Positions 1 through 11,662 of a DNA stretch of 64,000 nucleotides are shown here, piece by piece (position 1 is the first letter of the stretch; each line of letters begins with the position of its first letter). The notes beneath the pieces are model-generated. The model searched no databases and was not told the DNA's origin. It saw nothing but the letters and a program-made list of their open reading frames with translations. The position numbers were made by a program, and so were the translations under genes. This DNA comes from Rhizobium sp. Q54 (GTDB lineage: Bacteria > Pseudomonadota > Alphaproteobacteria > UBA7879 > VGCX01), in assembly GCA_945870825.1 (NCBI GenBank), contig CAMBTM010000004.1, positions 2,594 through 66,593 of the forward strand, in the 5' to 3' direction.

Positions 1-120
1 ATCAATTTTTGAGAGGGGTTGTCATGGTGGCAAAAGTCTTTCATAGTTTGGTGTAGGGTGTTCATTTTTGATGGGTGTATAACATTAAAAAGGCACATCT
101 TCATGAAAGATTAGGAAAAA

Positions 121-1872
121 ATGTATTGTATCATCCAGCATTCTTTAAAGAATTTGGCCCCTATTACGTGGGGAAAAGTATCTTCGCTTTACGAAAAGGT
201 CTTGATTGTCGGCGTCTTTTTCATGCTTCCTTTGATTACCAGTGCGTCGTTAAGGGATAGTTACACGGTGATCAAATGGAAACTGGTCCATGTTTTTGCC
301 ATTCTTGCCTTGTTTCAACTTCTGTTTATGCATAAAAAACTCATTCTCCCTAATCTTGGAAGGCCATTTACCCTAATATTTCTAGGGATTATAGGTCTTT
401 GGGGGTGGGAATACTATTTTCACCAGATTCCTTTTTTCTCTGCAGTAACGTTGGATCGTGCGGCTTTTGTCGGCCTTGTCCTCTTTTTCTATAAAAATTT
501 TAAAGATACCCCAAGGACACTTGATTTTGTGTGTCATAGCGTGATGGCCTCCATGGTTATTTTTGCAGTTCTTGTTTTTAAACAAGGCATGCTCACCCCT
601 CAAGAACTCTTTGCTTATGACCTTCCCATCGCCGTTCGTTCAAAAATACAGCTTACTTTTGGCAACGAAAACATGGCGGCACAATTTATAAGTGTCTCAT
701 TTCTTTGTATTTTTCGAGAAATCTTTGTCAGAAAAACCCTTTGGATCAAAATACTTTGTGGGTTTTTTGGGGTGCTTACGGCCCTATTTCTTTTGAAAAC
801 GGGTTGTCGTTCTGCCTTGTTGGGGGTCTCTATGGGGGCTGCCTTTTATGGGGCTATGCAGGTGAGGTCACCTTATCGCGGATATTTCTTGAAGGGTGGA
901 TTCATATTGGGGATTTGTCTTTTGACCCTTTTTGTGGGGGTTCGTACACGTACCGTCCAACATCGCCAAGAAATGTGGACGAATGCCATTCAAATGGTGA
1001 AAGATTATCCTTTCGGGGTTGGGCGTGAACGGTTTAATTTTTATCATGTCCTTTACCAAAGTCCTCATCAAATCCAGCCTCGTTTTGAAGGACTTATTGA
1101 AAGAACACCCCATAACGAGGCGTTGAAATACCTGGTGGAAGAGGGGTGGATATTTCTGGGGCTTGTCATATTGATGCTGGTATTACTATTGAAAACACAT
1201 GGCAGTTTCTTATTAAAAACCCTTAGGAAGGAGGAAAGACTTCAATGGATAGGGGGCCTTTTCTTTGTTCTGGGCTCTGAATTTTCTTTCCAATTCCCCT
1301 TTGAGATAGCCTTTCCTTACCTCATGGTTGCGTATTTTTTTGGGTATATCCTTTCCGTCATTCCAAAAGAACAGAAGGTATCTTTGCCCCTTGTCGTGAC
1401 TATTCCTGGATTTTTTCTGTTTGTTACCGCAACGGCGTTTTTGTTTGTGGCAAATTTGGGCCATGGCAGCAAACGGTTTGATTCTTTCTTTACAAAGTTG
1501 GGGTGTCGAATTGCGCCTTACGAGTGGCGGACGTGCGATCAGTACGTCAAAACCCTTGAAGAAGAAGAGAAATGGTGGAAAATCCTCCCCGAATGTTTGG
1601 ATCAGTTAGAACGAAGACCCTATAACTTCACAAGTCTTGTTCAGCTGGGCCGTGCGTATTTCATGGAAAAAGATCTTAAGAATTCTTGCAAGGTGGCCTG
1701 GTTTTATGACAGACTTTTTGATCATCAAAGCCATCTTAAAGGATTTGTAACAAATGTATGTCCTCGGTCTGATCAGGAACACTATCTTAATCTTTCTCTC
1801 AAAGATCATTATCGGGGTGTATTTGATCACTTGTCAGAAGCCCACCAAAAAAGGCTTTTACGGCGGGTTTAA
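121..1872 (+). CDS. Polytopic membrane protein, O-antigen ligase (Wzy_C)-like, with C-terminal soluble TPR-like extension
   Basis: 583-aa ORF. About 12 hydrophobic segments in the first ~400 aa, with a large loop between them as in WaaL/O-antigen ligases. C-terminal ~170 aa hydrophilic and helical. First gene of the polysaccharide locus. Confidence 0.5.
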   Translation: MYCIIQHSLKNLAPITWGKVSSLYEKVLIVGVFFMLPLITSASLRDSYTVIKWKLVHVFAILALFQLLFMHKKLILPNLGRPFTLIFLGIIGLWGWEYYFHQIPFFSAVTLDRAAFVGLVLFFYKNFKDTPRTLDFVCHSVMASMVIFAVLVFKQGMLTPQELFAYDLPIAVRSKIQLTFGNENMAAQFISVSFLCIFREIFVRKTLWIKILCGFFGVLTALFLLKTGCRSALLGVSMGAAFYGAMQVRSPYRGYFLKGGFILGICLLTLFVGVRTRTVQHRQEMWTNAIQMVKDYPFGVGRERFNFYHVLYQSPHQIQPRFEGLIERTPHNEALKYLVEEGWIFLGLVILMLVLLLKTHGSFLLKTLRKEERLQWIGGLFFVLGSEFSFQFPFEIAFPYLMVAYFFGYILSVIPKEQKVSLPLVVTIPGFFLFVTATAFLFVANLGHGSKRFDSFFTKLGCRIAPYEWRTCDQYVKTLEEEEKWWKILPECLDQLERRPYNFTSLVQLGRAYFMEKDLKNSCKVAWFYDRLFDHQSHLKGFVTNVCPRSDQEHYLNLSLKDHYRGVFDHLSEAHQKRLLRRV

Positions 1873-1899
1873 TAGGAGGCCCCAGTTTTAAAGCCCCCC

Positions 1900-1928
1900 T
1901 TGACAATCATTCTTCCACACATTAAGTT
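1900..1928 (+). promoter_or_regulatory. Candidate sigma70-like promoter (TTGACA ... TAAGTT) upstream of regulator gene
   Basis: Perfect -35 hexamer TTGACA at 1900-1905. The -10 element is weak and 15-17 nt downstream. Lies in the 82-bp gap before the ORF at 1955. Confidence 0.2.
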
Positions 1929-1954
1929 CTGTTCATGAACATAATGTTGGAGTA

Positions 1955-2545
1955 ATGCAACTTAAAATGGCGGCTTTTCAAGATACACGGGAACAGACGG
2001 AACAAAAAGTGATGGTTCATCTCTTGAGTGAGATCGACAAAAATCCTTCGTTTACTCAACGGCATCTGGCAAGCGAGCTTGGGATTGCTTTGGGGTTAAT
2101 GAACCATTATTTGAAGCGGTCTGTTACGAAAGGATGGCTTAGGGCTTCCCAGGTGTCTCCTCGCCGTATTACGTATTTTTTAACGCCTGAAGGATTTCTT
2201 GAAAAAGGCCGCATGGTGAAGGATTACCTTGCCCGTTCTATGACATTTTTCCGAGATGCTCGGTCCCAATGTACCGACATTTTTGACCGCTGTAAGACCA
2301 ACGGATGGCATCAGGTGGCCTTAGTCGGGGAGGGGGATCTTGCCGATATTGCCCGCCTTGTGGCACTCAGTGTTGGTGTTGAAGTTTTTGTGATGGATTC
2401 AAAGGCTGATTTTAAAGACGTTCAGGCTATCCTTGTGACGGATGTTCTTAATCCTCAGGGTGTTTATGATGCGTTGAGAAAGAAAAAAGATCTGCCACCG
2501 ATCATTTTGCTGCCATTGCTCCATATATCAACGAGGGCCTTATGA
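1955..2545 (+). CDS. Winged-helix transcriptional regulator with C-terminal Rossmann/CoA-binding-like domain
   Basis: N-terminal wHTH-like segment (PSFTQRHLASELGIALGLMNHYLKRSV). C-terminal part resembles the CoA-binding-like N-domains of polysaccharide glycosylphosphotransferases (HQVALVGEGDLADIARLV...). Its stop overlaps the next start. Confidence 0.5.
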   Translation: MQLKMAAFQDTREQTEQKVMVHLLSEIDKNPSFTQRHLASELGIALGLMNHYLKRSVTKGWLRASQVSPRRITYFLTPEGFLEKGRMVKDYLARSMTFFRDARSQCTDIFDRCKTNGWHQVALVGEGDLADIARLVALSVGVEVFVMDSKADFKDVQAILVTDVLNPQGVYDALRKKKDLPPIILLPLLHISTRAL

Positions 2546-3051
2546 GTGCGTTGACGTGGTCTGTTGTTTATACCCAAGCGTTAAAAGAGGGGGTGGCAGC
2601 TCAAAACCTGAAAGATCAAGGGTTTGAGGTTTATTTGCCTCGGTTTAAAAAGCTCCGTCGGCATGCCAGAAAAGTTGACGAGGTGTTGGCCCCCTTGTTT
2701 CCCCGCTATGTTTTTATTGGGATGGATCGGGAAATAGCCCAGTGGCGCAGCATCAAAGGGACGAGGGGTGTTTCCCATTTGTTGATGACCGATGACCGGC
2801 ATCCAGCCGTTGTGCCGAGTCTTATTATTGAATCTTTGAAGGCCCAAGAGGTCAGCGCAGGGGTTGTTCCCGTTGAAACGCTGATTGTTTTCCAAAAAGG
2901 TGAAAAGCTTCGGATTCTGGAGGGCGCGTTTAAGGACCATGTGGCGACCTTTGAAGGCCTTGATGATAAGGCACGGGTTGAACTTTTATTGACGTTTTTG
3001 GGTCGAGAGACAAAGATTGCCCTTCCCCATTATGGGGTGGAAGTCGCCTAA
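2542..3051 (+). CDS. NusG/RfaH-family transcription antitermination paralog (NGN + KOW domains)
   Basis: 169 aa, the size of a specialised NusG paralog. NGN-like N-domain (EVYLPRF...PLFPRYVFIG). C-terminal KOW motif GEKLRILEGAFKDHVATF. Sits at the head of a >29-kb same-strand locus. Confidence 0.75.
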   Translation: MSALTWSVVYTQALKEGVAAQNLKDQGFEVYLPRFKKLRRHARKVDEVLAPLFPRYVFIGMDREIAQWRSIKGTRGVSHLLMTDDRHPAVVPSLIIESLKAQEVSAGVVPVETLIVFQKGEKLRILEGAFKDHVATFEGLDDKARVELLLTFLGRETKIALPHYGVEVA

Positions 3052-3135
3052 AAATAGTTTTTTTATGCCCTTCCTTAGGGGGGGTGTTTGTTGATATAAG
3101 AATGAATCCAGTTTGGGAGGAATTTTCACCCAGAC

Positions 3136-3147
3136 TGCGGCAGCATG
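3136..3147 (+). promoter_or_regulatory. ops-like element (TGCGGCAGCATG vs E. coli ops GGCGGTAGCGTG) in operon leader
   Basis: Matches ops at 9 of 12 positions. Located in the non-coding leader between the NusG paralog and the first biosynthetic gene. Weak: the key T6 position is not conserved. Confidence 0.2.
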
Positions 3148-3168
3148 GGGAAAATTTAGGGATAGTTT

Positions 3169-4125
3169 ATGATAAAATGGTTTAAAAGGTTTATTATTGG
3201 AATCTTGGTTCTCGTTGGTTTTGGGGTGATATCTTTTCATCAACCCTTTTTAAATCAACATGTATTAAAGCCCTTATGGATTCCTATGATTCCTTATGTT
3301 CAATCGGCTATCATTCGTTTTTACATAGAGCCTTTCAATGATGGGGCGTCTGTTGATGCTGACCATGTAATATCGACCATGGATAACGGGATGCCAATTG
3401 TTGTGAATAAGCATGATCGGTGTGTTTGTTGGTCTATAAGATTTAGGGGTCTTTGGGATTCCAGTGAAATGGCGGTTATTAAAAATCTTATTAAGCCTGG
3501 ATTTAAAATCATTGAAGCAGGTGCCAATTTTGGAGTTCATACTTTATCCATGGCAAAAATCGTTGGTGAAAACGGCCATGTCTATGCTTTTGAAGCTAAT
3601 CCTCATGTATCGAAATATCTTAAACAATCGATTTTTGATTTGAATCATTTAACCAATGTGACCCTTTATGAAAAAGGTTTGGGAGACCAAGCCAAAAGCC
3701 TCTTTTTAAATTTTGGTCTTGCAAACATTGGTGGTGGAACGTTGGCCAATGAAGACTCTGGTACTTCTGTTAAAACAGAGATTGTACGTCTGGACGATGC
3801 ATTAAAAGATATCAAAGTAGATATGCTAAAAATGGATACAGAAGGATACGAGGGAAAAATCCTTGAAGGGGCCCAGGATATTTTGAAAAATAATCCAGAC
3901 ATGATCATCATGATGGAATGGTCTCAAGATGCCCTTCGTGCCCAGGGAAGTGATCCAAAGAGTATTTTAGAGAATTTAGCTTCCCATGGATTTGATAAAA
4001 TATGGAAAATTGGCGAACGTCGGAGCAAAGAGGAAGGGACGCTTTTTCCTTTGACCATGGAAGAAGTTTTGAATATTCCGTACTGTGATCTTGTGTTGTC
4101 ACGCCGGGATTTGAATGTGCAATAA
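3169..4125 (+). CDS. FkbM-family SAM-dependent methyltransferase
   Basis: N-terminal TM anchor, then an FkbM-type motif IEAGANFGVHTLSMAKIVGENGHVYAFEANP. Confidence 0.75.
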   Translation: MIKWFKRFIIGILVLVGFGVISFHQPFLNQHVLKPLWIPMIPYVQSAIIRFYIEPFNDGASVDADHVISTMDNGMPIVVNKHDRCVCWSIRFRGLWDSSEMAVIKNLIKPGFKIIEAGANFGVHTLSMAKIVGENGHVYAFEANPHVSKYLKQSIFDLNHLTNVTLYEKGLGDQAKSLFLNFGLANIGGGTLANEDSGTSVKTEIVRLDDALKDIKVDMLKMDTEGYEGKILEGAQDILKNNPDMIIMMEWSQDALRAQGSDPKSILENLASHGFDKIWKIGERRSKEEGTLFPLTMEEVLNIPYCDLVLSRRDLNVQ

Positions 4126-5064
4126 TTGATGAAGAATTTTTTAAAAAAAATCTTTAAATCCCATCTGTATTTGAATGTCTTTTTTTATATCTTTAATAAG
4201 ATTTTAAGTAAAATCCGCCTTTCTTTTGGTATCATCGAGAGTAGTTCTGGTACGACCCATGCGGCGTTGCCCTTGAAAGAGTCTTTGGCCTATATTGAAG
4301 GGGTTTTTGAAGATTACTGCCGAGTTTCAGGGCGCAAGACCTTTCAAGGGAAACTTGCTGAACTGGGGCCAGGGGACAATGATGGTGTGGCCTTGATGTT
4401 TTTGGCTCATGGGGCAACACAGGCGCATTTAGCCGATCGGTTTTATTCCAAACGAGATCGTTTAAATCACCAAAAAATTTATGAAGCTTTGGGGGAAAAA
4501 TATCCAAAGACTTTGACGGGTGTGAAGAATGTTCGACGTTTTTATGGGGCGGAGGCTGCCGGCGAGACGTTTTTCCAGCAAAATAAGGGGTATGATTATA
4601 TTGTTTCCCGGTCTGTTTTGGAACATGTGGATAATCCAGAAATTGTCTTAAAAAATATGATTGAGGCCTTAAACCCAGGGGGTCTATTGATTCATAAGGT
4701 TGATTTGCGGGATCATGGTATGTACACGCCTTTTTCTGACCCCTTAAAATTTTTGGAAGTCCCCACATGGCTTTATGGTCTGATGACCCAAGGGACAGGG
4801 TATCCCAATCGGTTTTTATTTCATCGGTATAAGGATATATTGATAAAACTTAATCCCAAGACCCAATTTTATGTCGCTGGTCTCTATGGTGTATCCGACT
4901 TAGTGCAAGCGTACCCCTTAGATAAGATTCCGCTAAACCTTAAAAAGAAAGCTGTTGCTTATGTTAATAAATACCGTCACCACTTTGCCCATGAATTTTC
5001 CGACATATCTGCAGAGTATTTGATGGTGTCGAGTTTCTTTTTTGTTTGTGAGAAGGCTGCATGA
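4126..5064 (+). CDS. Class I SAM-dependent methyltransferase
   Basis: Glycine-rich motif-I-like LAELGPGDNDGV and VSRSVLEHVDNPE...LNPGGLLI (Methyltransf_11/12-like). Confidence 0.55.
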   Translation: MMKNFLKKIFKSHLYLNVFFYIFNKILSKIRLSFGIIESSSGTTHAALPLKESLAYIEGVFEDYCRVSGRKTFQGKLAELGPGDNDGVALMFLAHGATQAHLADRFYSKRDRLNHQKIYEALGEKYPKTLTGVKNVRRFYGAEAAGETFFQQNKGYDYIVSRSVLEHVDNPEIVLKNMIEALNPGGLLIHKVDLRDHGMYTPFSDPLKFLEVPTWLYGLMTQGTGYPNRFLFHRYKDILIKLNPKTQFYVAGLYGVSDLVQAYPLDKIPLNLKKKAVAYVNKYRHHFAHEFSDISAEYLMVSSFFFVCEKAA

Positions 5065-6812
5065 GTAGTCCCTCTATCTTTTCAGCCATTCAAAAGATCC
5101 GCGATCTTTTAACCCGGGAAGAGAAATTTCGTTGGCTTGGGATCGCGGGGTTCGCCCTTTGTTCATCTTTGTTGGAAGTGCTGACAGCAACGTTGATCGT
5201 TGTTTTTGCCCAGGTCTTGAATCAACCAGAAACAGGACAGCGGTATTTAGCCAAACTCGGCTTTATGGAGATTTTACCCCCGGGCCGCTTAGTCTTTTAT
5301 ATGGCCCTTTTGGTTGGTGCTGTATATCTCTTTAAGAACATTGTTTCAGCGTGTGAGGCCTTTTATCAAAACTTTTCCATCCAAAAGATGAATTATCATT
5401 TTAAGAATAAATTGCTTCATCGGTATGCGGAGGCGGAGTACGGGTTTTATTTGACCAGAAATTCGTCTTTGGGCATGGCTGTTGTGGGTGGAGATGCTGA
5501 ATCGATGTTTTCGGGTGGTATGTTGGCGTTAGGATCGATTCTTTCTGAGGGGGTTATTTTCGTTCTTTTGATCGCCATGGTGGTTGCCATGAATCCGTCT
5601 TTGGCATTTTCTATATTTGGAATTGGGTTGGTGTTAGGGGTGATTGTATCTAAAGGGCTGCTTCCACGGTTTTATGTCTTTGGTCAACGGCTTCAAGAAG
5701 CGTCTCTTCATACAAGTCAAAACCTCCTTCAGTTCTTTCATGCGTTTAAAGAAATCATTCTTCTTGGAAAGCGTGAAGCTTTTGTGGACGCCTATAAGTA
5801 TTACTCGTTAAAAAAATCCCGGGTTCAGGCCTTGCAGACAGCCACCAACCTTTTGCCCCGTATGGTGATTGAAGTGGTCTTTATGGGACTTTTTGTTGCA
5901 ACTATTGCCTTTCTTTGTTTGGAACATGAAAGTCCTATTCAGATGATGGGAATTTTGGGGGGATACCTTTATACGGGGTTTCGTCTCATGCCAGGACTGA
6001 ACCGTATGATTAGTCAAATCAACACATTTAAATCAACGATTCCATCGATTGAACGGGTCCACAAAGAATATTTAAGCGTTGCGACGAAAGAGAGTTATGA
6101 AGAGGCGCCAGGGCTTACTTTTCAAAAATCCATTACTTTCGAAGATGTCGATTTCCGGTACCTGCACACCAAAAAAAACGCCTTAAATCATATTTCATTT
6201 TCTATTCAAAAAGGCGAATGTATTGGGATTGTAGGGGAGACAGGGTCTGGAAAATCAACATTGGTGGATTTAGTTCTGGGCCTTTTGCACCCCTCTTCCG
6301 GATCTATTGTGGTGGACGACAAATTTCCTGTCAATTCTTACCAGTGGCATCAAAAAATTGGGTATGTACCCCAGAGTATTTATCTGACAGATGACACCAT
6401 TGAGGCCAATATTGCCTTTGGTGAAAAAGAAATTGATGACGTACGGTTGAATGCAGCCATGGATGCGGCGCAATTGCGTAAATTTATTACTCATCTTCCA
6501 GAAGGTTCCAAGACTGTTGTGGGGGAACGGGGGATTCGCTTATCAGGGGGGGAGCGCCAGCGTATCGCTATTGCGCGGGCCTTGTACCGGAACCCTGAGG
6601 TCTTGATCTTTGACGAGGCGACGTCAGCGTTGGATAATGAAACAGAAGCAGCCTTGATGGAAACAATCCATAAGGTAAGTCAAGCTCGCACCGTCATCAT
6701 GATCGCCCACCGATTGACGACCTTGAAGGACTGTGACCGGATTGTGGTCATGGAGGGGGGGCATTTGAAATCTCTCATTGATTATGAAACATTGAATGCA
6801 CAGCGTATATAG
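5061..6812 (+). CDS. Fused ABC transporter permease/ATP-binding protein (exporter type, MsbA/Wzm-Wzt-like)
   Basis: N-terminal 6-TM domain. Walker A GETGSGKST, signature LSGGERQR, Walker B LIFDEATSALD. Confidence 0.85.
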   Translation: MSSPSIFSAIQKIRDLLTREEKFRWLGIAGFALCSSLLEVLTATLIVVFAQVLNQPETGQRYLAKLGFMEILPPGRLVFYMALLVGAVYLFKNIVSACEAFYQNFSIQKMNYHFKNKLLHRYAEAEYGFYLTRNSSLGMAVVGGDAESMFSGGMLALGSILSEGVIFVLLIAMVVAMNPSLAFSIFGIGLVLGVIVSKGLLPRFYVFGQRLQEASLHTSQNLLQFFHAFKEIILLGKREAFVDAYKYYSLKKSRVQALQTATNLLPRMVIEVVFMGLFVATIAFLCLEHESPIQMMGILGGYLYTGFRLMPGLNRMISQINTFKSTIPSIERVHKEYLSVATKESYEEAPGLTFQKSITFEDVDFRYLHTKKNALNHISFSIQKGECIGIVGETGSGKSTLVDLVLGLLHPSSGSIVVDDKFPVNSYQWHQKIGYVPQSIYLTDDTIEANIAFGEKEIDDVRLNAAMDAAQLRKFITHLPEGSKTVVGERGIRLSGGERQRIAIARALYRNPEVLIFDEATSALDNETEAALMETIHKVSQARTVIMIAHRLTTLKDCDRIVVMEGGHLKSLIDYETLNAQRI

Positions 6813-8988
<2,176 letters not shown>

Positions 8989-8992
<4 letters not shown>

Positions 8993-9615
8993 AGACAGTT
9001 GTTATTATTCAAGCAAGAATGACTTCTTCGAGGTTGCCTGGAAAGGTTATTCTTCCCTTAGGGCAGGGCACTGTGCTTGCAGAGGTTCTGAAACGATCTA
9101 AGGCCATTCAAGGGATAGATGAGGTGTGTTGTGCCATTCCTATAGGCGAAATACATGACGTACTTGTTCCAGAAATTGAAAAGTACGGATGCACCGTTTA
9201 TAGGGGTTCGGAAACTAACGTGCTAGAGAGATATTATGAAGCAGCTAAATTTTTAAATGCGGACGTCATTATGCGCATTACGAGTGATTGCCCCCTCATT
9301 AATTCTGAAGTTTGTGCAGATGTCTTGAGTCTTCATATGAAAAATAATGCACAATATACTTGCAATAACATGCCGCCTTCTTGGCCACATGGATACGATT
9401 GTGAAGTATTTGGAATAAAAGAGTTGGAAGATGCTATGCAATACTCCACGCTGCCAGATGATTTCGAACACGTCACCGAATGGATGAGGAGGTCTTTAGT
9501 AGTTCATAACCTTCAAAACCCTAATGGGAATGAAAGGCATTTGCGTATTACGCTGGACACACCAGAGGACTACGAATTCATTAAAAATTATTATGAAACG
9601 GTAGAGAAAAATTAG
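8989..9615 (+). CDS. pseF: Acylneuraminate/pseudaminic acid cytidylyltransferase, PseF-like
   Basis: N-terminal IIQARMTSSRLPGKV motif of the CMP-NeuAc synthetase family. 208 aa. ATGA overlap with pseC. Confidence 0.65.
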
Positions 9616-9624
9616 GCTATTCCA

Positions 9625-10626
9625 GTGATAAAAATAGCATTTTTCCGTTTTGAAGCGTCTTCAAAAATTGGTGCAGGTCACGCCATTCGATCCTCTGTAT
9701 TAGCAGATGCCTTAACTGAAAAAGCCTGGCAATGTAAGATTGTAACGTCAGAAACATCCTACAATTTTATAAAAGACTTAGAAAGATTTGAGAGAGTTGA
9801 TCCAGATTCTTTTTTTGAAGAAAGACCTTCCTGTGATTTACTCGTCATTGATTCATATGATTTGGGAGAGGATTACGAAAAGCATTTTCGTGATTGTACA
9901 AAAAAAATTATGGTGATTGATGATTTAGCCAATAGAAAACATGACAGCGATATTTTGCTAGATCATACATATGGCCGAGAAGCCTATGATTATAAAGACC
10001 TTGTTCCGGAGGGGTGCAAGATTCTAGCAGGAAGCGATTATGTGTTGCTTCGAAAAGAGTTTGTTGAACTCAGGTCAAAAGCCTTGGAAAAAAGGCGAGC
10101 GACTAAAGAAATAAAACGGCTCTTAATATCCATGGGAGGAAGTGACCCAGAAAATCACGCTGTGAAGGTGTTGGAGATTGTTAGAAAAAGTGGGTTTTCA
10201 GGAGTTATTGACCTTGCTCTAGGGTTTTCTAACCATAATCGCCTTTTGGTAGAAAAATATGCTCAAGACTTTCTTTTAAACGTTAATATTCACCTCAATC
10301 CAGATATGGGTGAGCTCATATATCAAGCGGATTTAGCCATAGGAGGTGGTGGTAGTAGTATGTGGGAGCGTTCTTGTTTAGGACTGCCGACCCTTATGGT
10401 GGTGCTTGCAGATAATCAGTTTTCTATTGCACAAAATCTTCACAAGTCAGGCGCTGCAATTTATTTAGGTGAAATTAATACAATTGATGTTAATGATGCA
10501 TCAACTATTTTAAAAAACTTAATACAAGATAATTTTCAAAGGGAAAGATTACAGAACAATTCATTTCAAATCTGTAATGGGCAAGGGATTTCTTCAATAA
10601 TAGAGGTAATAAATGACGTACATTGA
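9625..10626 (+). CDS. pseG: UDP-2,4-diacetamido-2,4,6-trideoxy-beta-L-altropyranose hydrolase, PseG-like
   Basis: Characteristic PseG N-terminus IAFFRFEASSKIGAGHAIRS, a GT-B fold, and placement between the pseF and pseI homologs. Confidence 0.7.
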   Translation: MIKIAFFRFEASSKIGAGHAIRSSVLADALTEKAWQCKIVTSETSYNFIKDLERFERVDPDSFFEERPSCDLLVIDSYDLGEDYEKHFRDCTKKIMVIDDLANRKHDSDILLDHTYGREAYDYKDLVPEGCKILAGSDYVLLRKEFVELRSKALEKRRATKEIKRLLISMGGSDPENHAVKVLEIVRKSGFSGVIDLALGFSNHNRLLVEKYAQDFLLNVNIHLNPDMGELIYQADLAIGGGGSSMWERSCLGLPTLMVVLADNQFSIAQNLHKSGAAIYLGEINTIDVNDASTILKNLIQDNFQRERLQNNSFQICNGQGISSIIEVINDVH

Positions 10627-11662
10627 ACTTGGGGCAAGAAAAATAGGGACAGGATTTCCAGCTTATATAGTGGCCGAAATTGGCATTAACCATAATGGGG
10701 ATATGGATCTTGCAAAAAAAACTATCTTGGCAGCTAAAAAAGCTGGAGCATGTGCTGTAAAGTTTCAAAACTATAAAACGGAAGATTTTGTACCCATAAG
10801 AAACTTGGAATATGAGTATCTTTCTCAGGGAAAATTAGTTAAAGAGTTTCAATATGATATGTTTAAGCGCTATGAGTTGAGCGATAATCATGTGATGGAG
10901 TTAAAAGCTTTTTGTGATGAAAATAATATTGACTTTCACTCGACACCTACAAATAACCATGGCGTGGATCTTTTAAAGAAAATTGGTGTTCTCGTTCTTA
11001 AAAATGGTTCTGATTATTTGACCAACCTAGATCTTATTACGTATATGGGAAAATCTGGATTGCCTACGGTTTTGTCCACAGGGATGGCTCTCATCAGTGA
11101 AATAGATGAAGCTGTAAGGGTTTTTCGTGATGCTGGTAATGAGAACCTGATTTTACTCCATTGTACCTCACGGTATCCAACGCCTCCGGAGGACATTAAT
11201 TTAAGAAAAATTAAAACTCTTCGAAAGACGTTCGCAGTTGTTGCGGGGTTTAGTGACCATTCAGAGGGCGCTTGGGCAGCTGCAGGATCCATTTGTTATG
11301 GGGCAGTGTGGATTGAGAAACACTTTACTTTGGATAGAAACTTACCTGGACCTGATCACAGATTTTCTTCTGATTCAACAGAGTTATCTCATTTAGTTGA
11401 GGGTGTCAGATATATGGAAAAATCATTGGGGGTATCTGCTCTTGGACCAACAGATGAAGAGAAAGGATCAAGAGAGAGTTTTCGCTTGTCGTGCTGTGCT
11501 GCCAGAGATTTAGAAGTTGGTGCAATGCTTTCTAGTGAAGATATCATGTTTCTTCGCCCTGGAGATGGGATTCCTCCAAAAAATAAAGATCTATTAGTGG
11601 GTAGGAAGGTTAATAAATGTTTAAAACAGGGGGACCCCATAGGTTCTAAAGATATTAGCTAA
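10613..11662 (+). CDS. pseI: Pseudaminic acid synthase (NeuB family), PseI-like
   Basis: NeuB TIM-barrel N-terminus YIVAEIGINHNGDMDLAKK..AK.AGA, with a C-terminal SAF/antifreeze-like domain. Confidence 0.8.
   Translation: MTYIELGARKIGTGFPAYIVAEIGINHNGDMDLAKKTILAAKKAGACAVKFQNYKTEDFVPIRNLEYEYLSQGKLVKEFQYDMFKRYELSDNHVMELKAFCDENNIDFHSTPTNNHGVDLLKKIGVLVLKNGSDYLTNLDLITYMGKSGLPTVLSTGMALISEIDEAVRVFRDAGNENLILLHCTSRYPTPPEDINLRKIKTLRKTFAVVAGFSDHSEGAWAAAGSICYGAVWIEKHFTLDRNLPGPDHRFSSDSTELSHLVEGVRYMEKSLGVSALGPTDEEKGSRESFRLSCCAARDLEVGAMLSSEDIMFLRPGDGIPPKNKDLLVGRKVNKCLKQGDPIGSKDIS

Noticed and set aside
75-260. 61-aa ORF at the window start
   Set aside because: Overlaps the start of the 583-aa membrane-protein ORF in another frame, with no supporting signal. 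Treated as spurious.
4232-4768. 178-aa minus-strand ORF
   Set aside because: Fully embedded antisense in a well-supported methyltransferase gene, with Pro/His-rich low-complexity translation.
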